The position numbers were made by a program, and so were the translations under genes. DNA of 63,077 bases, filler included, from Folioceros fuciformis (taxonomy: Eukaryota): the NCBI GenBank assembly GCA_049999805.1. It is 6 parts of 6 records of this genome, joined end to end, with 100 filler letters (N's around TTAATTAATTAA, not from the genome) between each part and the next. Parts side by side here need not be neighbours in the genome. Positions count along the whole stretch, not along the records: positions 53,534 to 63,077 come from JBNGIO010003355.1; 5 more parts are not named here. The stretch is one strand, 5' to 3'. Each line of letters opens with the position of its first letter. The first letter of the stretch is position 1. This document shows, piece by piece, positions 55,313 to 63,077 of this stretch. Below the pieces are notes generated by a model. It did not search any database. It was given only the letters and a program-made list of their open reading frames with translations, and was not told the DNA's origin.

Positions 55313-56600
55313 AACATGGTGTCAGAGCCATGTTGTTTGCTCAATGCCACAATATTGACATGGTATCAAAGCCATGTTGTTTGCCCATTGCTAACCCATT
55401 ACGCTTAGGCAACATGCGAGGAAAGCAAAAGAGAAATCATCTAATTGCTAGAGCAAACAGACACGCAATTTTAATAGAAGGAGAAATTCTAGAGAACAAC
55501 TATACCGAAATAAAGCAAATGAAAATCTTCTACACCATGCTTGAATGCACACTAGTTCAGTGTTATTGCTAATAATAGATAATAGAGCAGCTAACCCTTC
55601 GAGGCTTTGTAGATCCAAACGGCACTAGCTCAGTGCTATTGCTAATAAGAGAGGAGCTAACCCTTCAAGGCTTTGTAAATCCAAACCTTCCTCACTATCA
55701 CTTACAATTGCCAATAATTGTACTTACCTACGGCACACACGACTACGCCATAAGAGTTTACAGCACATGAAGAACATGCTACAAACAAGTGTTGCCACCA
55801 GACTTGGTCTTACCAACATGGTGGACTTTGGAATTTGCGAAGCATGTGCACTTGGTAAAAGCCATCATAGCCCTTTTCCCAAATATACAACTAGATTACT
55901 CAAGAGGTTGGGGTTAGTCCATTCGAATTTGTGTAGGCCCTTCTAATGCTTCATATCAGGCTACCTTTTTTAGTGTTCCTAATTGATGACATGAGCAGAT
56001 TTACTGTACTAGTAATCTTCTAAAGCATAAAAAGCGCTTATATTGCTCAAGGAATACACTACTTGGGTAGAAAAACAAAATGGCAAACACCTTCTTACAC
56101 TTCGTAGCGATGGTGATGGAGAATATACCTCCACCGAGTTTCACCAATTCTACAAACAACATGACATAGCTCGTCAACTCACCACTCCACACATGTCTCC
56201 ACATAATGGAGAGGCAAAGCGCATGAACACAACTTTAAAAGATACCGGTCTCACGATGCTAATTCATGCTCCACTGCCCAAGACCTATTGGCCTGACGCA
56301 ATGGCCCATGTAGTTTATCTCCTTAATTGCAGCATCACGATTGCTTTGCCCAAACACTTGTGAAGTGTGGACAAGCCAAGCCGCAAGCTCGACCTCTCTA
56401 ACCTTAGTGTTTTTTGGCTCCTTGGTTTATGCCCATGTTCTACAATCTATCCGCACTAAATTAGATAATAGGGCCACCAAATACCTGTTCATCAACTTCA
56501 CCGATGGAATCAAGGGTTACAAATTGATTCTCCCTCGCACACATCAAGTAACTCACTCCCGAGATATTACATTTATCGAAGACATGCAGGCAATGGGAGC
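55313..56600 (+). mobile_element. Degenerate Ty1/copia remnant: duplicated PBS and integrase
   Basis: AACA-TGGTGTCAGAGCCA and GACA-TGGTATCAAAGCCA; CEACALGK, LRSDGDGEY, TPHMSPHNG.A.RMN, YWPDAM..VYLLN, KGYKL, SRDI.F.E. Confidence 0.85.
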
Positions 56601-56813
56601 CCCCAGATCTCATAGCCTATTAAGATATAGCACACTAGCTCTTGGGGCACAATTCGGATTAAGGTAGATACGTAATAGGCACCATATCGAACAGACGCCG
56701 AGACGATTACAGACACATGACGCTTAGGCACAACCCTCATGTATTGAGCGCACCTGCTCAGCCAATTATTCAAACCATACTATAGCAATCGATCCAGGTC
56801 CATATGCGACCAA

Positions 56814-59590
56814 AACATTGTATCAGAGTGAAAGCTAAAGCACCCCTGATATCTACACTACATAATAATGAGACAAAGACTTATAGCATTGCCATGCTTA
56901 CACCTTAGAGGTTTTGTTGATCCACGAGACTACGATTGGGCATGCATACACTTCTCCTTCCTCTACACACAAGAATATGCACAAAACAATTCAAATAATT
57001 AGACAGTCACAACCACAATTGAGGTGCACACCCCAATTAACCCAACAAAAATTAAGGAATGCATAATCTGCAGTATACACAACCTCTACAAACAAAATTG
57101 TCTTATCATAGTGCTAGGTTCACCAGATAACCTATACATTCTACCCCCAACACTTGAAATATAAGAATTCCAAAACAACGCAATCCAAAAACTTCAAAAC
57201 TTAAACCAACATAGTTCCCAACCCCACCACTTGCAGCCTCTACAAAATCCTACCCACTATCCAAGTACAAATTACATGCCTACTCAGGCACACAATCCTC
57301 ACCCTCTAAGCAACTAAGTAACATCTCTTACCATAATGGCCACATCTTCAATCACCCTATCGAAGGAAGACCGCTTCGATGGCCAGGAACACAACTTTGC
57401 TATATGGAAATTCCGTATCACTCAAATTTTGAAAGAACATAAGCTTTGGGCTTATGTTGGCGGTGTAGGAAACCCTCCTATTGTCACAGCACAACCCCCC
57501 GCCACCGCCATTGCAGCACAGAAAGAGGAGTGGTAAAATAAAAACCAACATGCCAAAAATATCCCCATGCAATCTATGAGGTCAGGGTTCGTCCAGCAAA
57601 TCGTGGTGTAGAGATTGCAGTCGAAGCCTGGAAACAACTACATGACATGTATGCCTCAATAGACATTATGCATACAATGCACACTATTAAAAATTTCTTC
57701 GGACTCCAAATGTCCGAGACTGAATAGGTGGATCAACACACCATGCACTTTAGGAGCTGGATGATAAAGTTTACAGCCACAGGCTTTGCCATCCAAGATC
57801 TTTCTGCAGCTCTTCTATTATCCACCTTGCCGGAGTCTTGGGTTAGTGTAGTCCAATCCCTACAAGGTGTACAACCTCTCACCGTTAACAAGGTGATCAG
57901 CGCAATGCTGGCTGAAGAGGCTAGAAGGAAAATACACAGCAACTCCTTTACAGGCGAATCCTCCTCAAGGGCGTTCTTCACGAGACGCGGTAGATCTAGG
58001 GATAGAGGCCGTGGTAATTTCACAGGCAGCAATCGAGGTAGAGGCACTTACCTTAGCAGAGCACATGGAAATTATAATCCTTCATAGAAACCAATATGTG
58101 GATACTGTAAGATTCCTGGTCATACCTACAAAGAATGTCAGAAACGATTAGCTGCAGCCAATCCACAATATCAGTAAACAAGGCAACTTGCCCTCACCAT
58201 GAAGCGACATTCAAGGGATTTCCTTACACGAGTGAGTCAATTACCTGCTTTAACCACTCCTCCACCCTCAACCCTAGCAGCCTCATGTCTCCCAGCACAC
58301 GGTTAACATACCTGGTACATAGACTATGGGGCATCCCTGTACATGAAACCACACTGGAAATACTTCCGCCACATCAAACCTCACCACACCTCCACATTTC
58401 GTCAGCCTTGGGGATGACACTAAACACACAATTTCAGGCCACGGAACAGTGGACCTGCATGTCAAGCCCAACTCTACTCTACAAATATCAGAAGTGTTGC
58501 TGGTACTTGGCTTGACAAAGAATTTATTTTCAGCCCAGAAGGTTGATCAATCTGGCTATTATATGTGCTTTGGCAAAGGTCACTGCATTATTGAGACCTC
58601 GTAAGGAGACCTAATAGCCACAGGGGACTTGAAAGACGAGGACCTCTATCACCTGCATATCACAACTTCTCCAGCCGCCAGACCTTCTTTCCTATCTGCA
58701 ACCACTAACATCAGTTCGTTTTACTTGTAGCACAAATGCCTCGGACATATGCACACTCAACGGATGAAGGACATGTTAAAAACGCAGGCAACTGCAGGCA
58801 TTTCACTCACCAGGATTGAAGATTTCGGAATCTGTGAGGCTTGTTCCTTAGGCAAGAGTCATCGTTCTCCCTTTCCCAAAGGGCCCACGATTAGGGCAAC
58901 AAGAAGACTTCAACTAGTTCACACTAATTAACGTGGCCCCTTCAAAAGATCACTATTTGGATACCTCTACTTCAGACTTGTGATAGATGACTACTCCCGT
59001 TTCATAGTGCTCTACCTGCTGAAACACAAGGCACAATCCTTTACTAGCCTCAAGGACTATAAATCCTGGGCTGAATAGCAAATTGGAGAACCCTTACTTA
59101 CCATTCGCAGCAACAGAGGTGGTGAATTCAACTTCAATCAATTCCTGCAATTTTGTACAGATCACGGGATCAACCGACAGGTCACCACTCCACACACCTC
59201 TCAACAAAATGGAGTAGCAGAGCGGATGAACAAAATAATACAAGACTACGGTCTATCAATGCTGATCCTTGCAGGCCTACCCAAAAGCTACTGGCCTGAA
59301 GCTATGTCCCATGCAGTATACATTCTGAACTGGAGCCTTACCTCCTCCCTACCACAATAAACACCTTTCGAAGCCTCGACAGGGTCGAAACCTGACCTAT
59401 CCATCCTCAGATTATTTGAATCAATAGTGTATGCACACACCCCAAAGGCTACTCGGACAAAGCTCAACAATCGAGCACAGAAGTATATTTTCATTTGATT
59501 CATGGACGGAGTGAAAGGGTACAAGCTCATTCATCCACAGACACATCAGATCACTACTCACAAGATGTCCTATTTGTTGAAGACATGCGG
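56814..59590 (+). mobile_element. Degenerate Ty1/copia element: PBS, gag, protease, integrase (no RT visible)
   Basis: AACA-TTGTATCAGAG; RFDGQEHNFAIWKFRI, LLSTLPESW, CGYCKIPGHTYKEC zinc knuckle, WYIDYGASLY protease-like motif, CEACSLGK, QQNGVAERMN, KGYKL. Multiple stops. Confidence 0.88.
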
Positions 59591-59639
59591 GGACAATCCT
59601 CAGTGGGCGTCCTCTCTGAGCACCAACGCCCTTCTTGGA

Positions 59640-60860
59640 CTTGATCATCCACCTTAATGATTAAGCGATCCCCATGGACAAATGCAATTTTTCCTGCGGC
59701 ATGAGCCGCCCTAAAGGCAGGCATTTGAGCTTGCTTGGTCTTCACCTGCAACTTGGTTAAATCATCAGCAATAAAAATATTTTGGCTCCGAAGGTTGGTA
59801 TGGGCCTTTAGCACCTGAAGCCTATCTTAAGCAGAGTGGAAATGAATTAGAAAAACCAAGGGGCGGTCTGGATCCTTCCTAACCAACCAAGCATTCTGGA
59901 AAGGAACCCTAGGGAGATGAAGCTTTGTGGCAAGGAAGTCAGATACAACTTATCGTGGAGTTCTTGAACCTTGCAAACCTATTATCTGAAGGTTAAGTGA
60001 GCGCCTCAATCGCTCTTGGGATTCCATGATAGTCACATTGACTGTATCGGAAGGTGAGGCAAGCAATCTCTGGGAATTAGATACGTCAAGCAGACTTGAG
60101 GGCTAAACCTGTTCCTTGATGAACTTGCTGACCTCTCGTTGCACAATCACTTTTGTCGCGGAGATGTGATCTACAACTTCAAGCTTTGAGACCGCCAATC
60201 TGCCAGTCATTGTCTTGAGTTCTTCTTGCACAAATTGCTTTAAAGTTGCGCATTTGGCATCCACATAGGTGGAGGCTCTTTGCAAGATGTTATCCCGTAA
60301 TATAGGAACATCCTTATTGAGCATGCACTCGGTCAAGTTGTCAACCGACAACTCAGAGTCCATAATGCCCTCCCGCAATTCTGGGATGTCTGTGTTGGGC
60401 ATATAAGTTGTGGACAAGTCGTTTTGAAGGCAATTCATCTGTTCCTGGTGATGTTCCCATAGATTCGATTGAATTTGAGGGAGATGAAGCTTGGAAACAA
60501 ATGTCGGCAACTACTTCTGGATAGACTTAATCTGGTACCTATGTTGCGTGATATCAACCCATATTATTGGAAATTCCATTGCATGCGCTTGCCTCAAGTC
60601 ATCAATCTCTTTTTGTTGCGATTGAATTTTATCCTCATACTATTGCTTTGAATTCTGAAATGTCAACTGGAGTTCTTGTAATTCATCCCGAGAGGTCTTT
60701 AGGTCACATTGAAGCTACTTGATGTCTACCACTAAGGACTTGAACATTCGCTCCAACTTATATTTGGTCCTTGCCAATTTGGATATCAGGGCTTGTAACT
60801 CAGAGCATGATGGGGAATCTATAGATACGAAATCTTGCCCAATCGCCTGGGGTCTTGAAG
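59640..60860 (-). mobile_element. LINE ORF1-like remnant (coiled coil + RRM + C-terminal domain; L1/CR1/L2-type)
   Basis: Coiled coil DELQELQLTFQ...QQKEIDDLRQ, then ESQERLRRSLNLQIIGL, RPLVFLIHF and LRSQNIFIADDLTK...AAGKIAFVHGDRLII. In-frame stops. Confidence 0.6.
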
Positions 60861-60883
60861 TACTAGTCGGCAGTTGGCATATT

Positions 60884-61062
60884 GAGAAACAAAATTCCTA
60901 GATAGCATAAGAAAATCCCACATCCTGGATAGGACGAGAAAATCCCATGACCTGGATAGAACGAGAAAATCCCACGACCTGAATAGAACGAGAAAATCCC
61001 ATGTCCTAGATAGCCCGAGAAAATCCCACGTCCTGGAGAGCACGAGAAAATCCCACGTCCCA
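60884..61062. repeat. 27-bp tandem repeat (~6.5 copies)
   Basis: Consensus GAGAAAATCCCACGTCCTGGATAGAAC; translates as WDFLVLSR(T/S) repeats on the minus strand. Confidence 0.9.
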
Positions 61063-61724
61063 CATCCAGGAGTATACGATAAAAAAAATTGGCTAAAAAA
61101 AGGATAGAAAATATGCAAATAAATAAGGTCAAATCAAATTCAGAGCTAACGATGCTGGAAGGTTGCGAACGGTCCAGCAATTTGTTGCCCCTAGCTCCGA
61201 GCCCACAATGTTGTTAGCCCGCCGCCCCTCGGGTCTCAGCCCCGGAATCTAGCGAGTCCACCGTCCTGCAGCTCAAACCCCCACAATCCACCAAGCCTGT
61301 TGGCCCGCGGCTCCAAGCACAACGTGGTGACCACAATGTTTGGAGTTTGCTGCCCATAGACTTGGATTGCCACCCCGCGCTCTGAGTGTTCCCAATGGGC
61401 AGAGCCCCACAATCCACGAACTTCGGTCCCCAGCAGGTCCAAGCACAACCTTGCAACCACAACCATAATCTGTAAGTTCGCCACCCACAGCCTTGGACTA
61501 CCACCTTGCCACCCTGCATTCAATCCCGCTACCACCGATCACAACCACAGATTGCAGCCCCGGTTAGCCTGGTTCAGTCATGAAGTGGGATTGAAGGCTA
61601 GGAGGCGAGCTGCTTGAACGCCAGGCTGGCTCCTCGTGCCACCACACTCCTCCCCGCGCTGCTTCCCAGCGCTCCTGGCCGGGCTGGCTCCCAACCGCGC
61701 CCCGCGATTAGTAAGCAAGAGACT

Positions 61725-62135
61725 ATTGTACAAGGGGATTTGGTGTTACTACATAATAGTAAGTACATAGATTTCTTAGGTAATTTTAGATTGAGATGGA
61801 TGGGTCCTTACAAGGTGGAACAAAGTATTTGAGAATGGGTCCGTCCAATTAAGGGTGCTAGCTGGGGACTTGGTGCCAACTCATGGTTGGCAAATTAAAA
61901 AACTACTATCAACCATGAAAGGCTGGCTGGTTGCGAGGACGTAATTAGTTGGGAATGAGAGGCATGTGAACTTCCAAATTTTGGGGTAATGGTTTATTTT
62001 GGTTAGGAAAGAGTTAGATGTAGCTTAGTAAGGTTTACCCTTTTCCTTTATTTTTATTTTTATATTTTGGTCAATTTTCCTAATTTTCTTTTTACCAATT
62101 AGGTTAACTAACAAGGGGATAGTTGGCGTGGTTAC
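61725..62135 (+). mobile_element. Ty3/gypsy integrase C-terminal (GPY/F) remnant with possible PPT/LTR
   Basis: GDLVLLHNSK...GNFRLRWMGPYKV, NGSVQL and LKNYY. Purine tract GGGAATGAGAGGCA is followed by TGTGAAC. Confidence 0.6.
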
Positions 62136-63077
62136 GAGAGTGGCTGTAGGTTTGGTACTAGGCCTGAGGAAACTTGGCCTCGATACCAGATTGTAGGCTT
62201 GGCTTAGTATTATGTCTTGGTATAGGTCTGGTTTTTGGCTTGACCATATAAATGAATATATAATTAATTTAATTTATTTTTTTAATAATAATAAACAATA
62301 AATTTAAGAGGTAATTGTTTTGAATAACGCAGCTACCTTAGATAGCGAGTATGAGGAGGTGAGGATGTCTCCCACTATTAATGGCTAGGCTAGTGGCCGC
62401 ATGGGCTGCTAGTGCATAGCACTATTGAAAACTAAAATACCAACAACAAGTTGGTGGTAGCCTTGGTTGAGAACCCGGGGTGGCAGCCTAGGTTGAGAAG
62501 CCGGGAGCCTAGGCCATGGCTGGTTGTGAGGACGATGTTGAGCCCACAAGCTATGGACAAGGAAACATGCCACCGATAACCACAGCTCAAGGGAACCCAT
62601 AGGCCGTGTAGGTCGGCAAGTGGTGACGGGCATTGGCAAACAATGCGGTGGAGAGTCTTATTGTGGAGAATGGGATGGATCTAGTGGCTATTGGGCTTAG
62701 AGCAAGGTGCTGGCGCGGCTTGGAGATGGCTGGAATTCGCGATAGGTGCTCCACCTTGTGGGTGTGATGGTGTGAGGAGTTGTGGATCAAAGAGGAGACT
62801 AGCGGCCACTGGATTTGGAAAAGGAGTGGCTGCTGGATATTGACCGGAAGCTCCCAACAATGAGAGCCAAGGAATTAGTTGTGAAAGTCAAGAAGGAGGT
62901 TGGGCTAGGATCGAAGCCCAAGCTCTGAGAATTCAAGCTGGTTAAGATCGGGGCAACTAGGTGTGGAATCACAACCTGGCTGGTGAGCACACTACAAATC
63001 AGTGTGTTGCTGGATTGAGTGTGGGGCAAGAGCTTGAGCTTCGTGAATTGAGGTAAGAATATGCTGAGGGAGGGGTG

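Noticed and set aside
60884..61062. Possible CRISPR-like array (also the arrays at 41335-41800 and 36807-36943)
   Set aside because: Units are head-to-tail with no unique spacers, there are no cas genes, and the context is eukaryotic.

Overview
This is eukaryotic nuclear DNA from a compact, GC-balanced land-plant genome with short introns. An LRRIQ1-type gene and several PLS-class PPR relics suggest a seed-free lineage with flagellated sperm, such as a hornwort or lycophyte (inference). The window is not one locus: five identical 100-nt linkers (44 N + TTAATTAATTAA + 44 N) join six probably unrelated contigs. Contig 1 (1-5907) has CHL27/CRD1 cyclase and an At2g39950-like gene. Contig 2 (6008-29896) has the 3' end of AGT1, a GH35 beta-galactosidase, a MazG-type dCTP pyrophosphatase, a small membrane ORF, an LRRIQ1-like gene, an intronless MATE transporter and a Pro-rich root-cap/LEA-type gene, with decayed PPR fragments in the intergenic spaces. 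Contig 3 has a USP-domain cytoplasmic receptor-like kinase and minisatellites. Contig 4 has dymeclin and XRN in divergent orientation around a ~70-bp tandem array. Contigs 5-6 are transposon graveyards: nested Ty1/copia elements, a CACTA transposase fragment, a Gypsy remnant and an L1-type ORF1 preceded by 27-bp monomers. I found no CRISPR, rRNA or tRNA genes and no convincing new multi-gene system. All family assignments come from motif recognition by eye, not from database searches.
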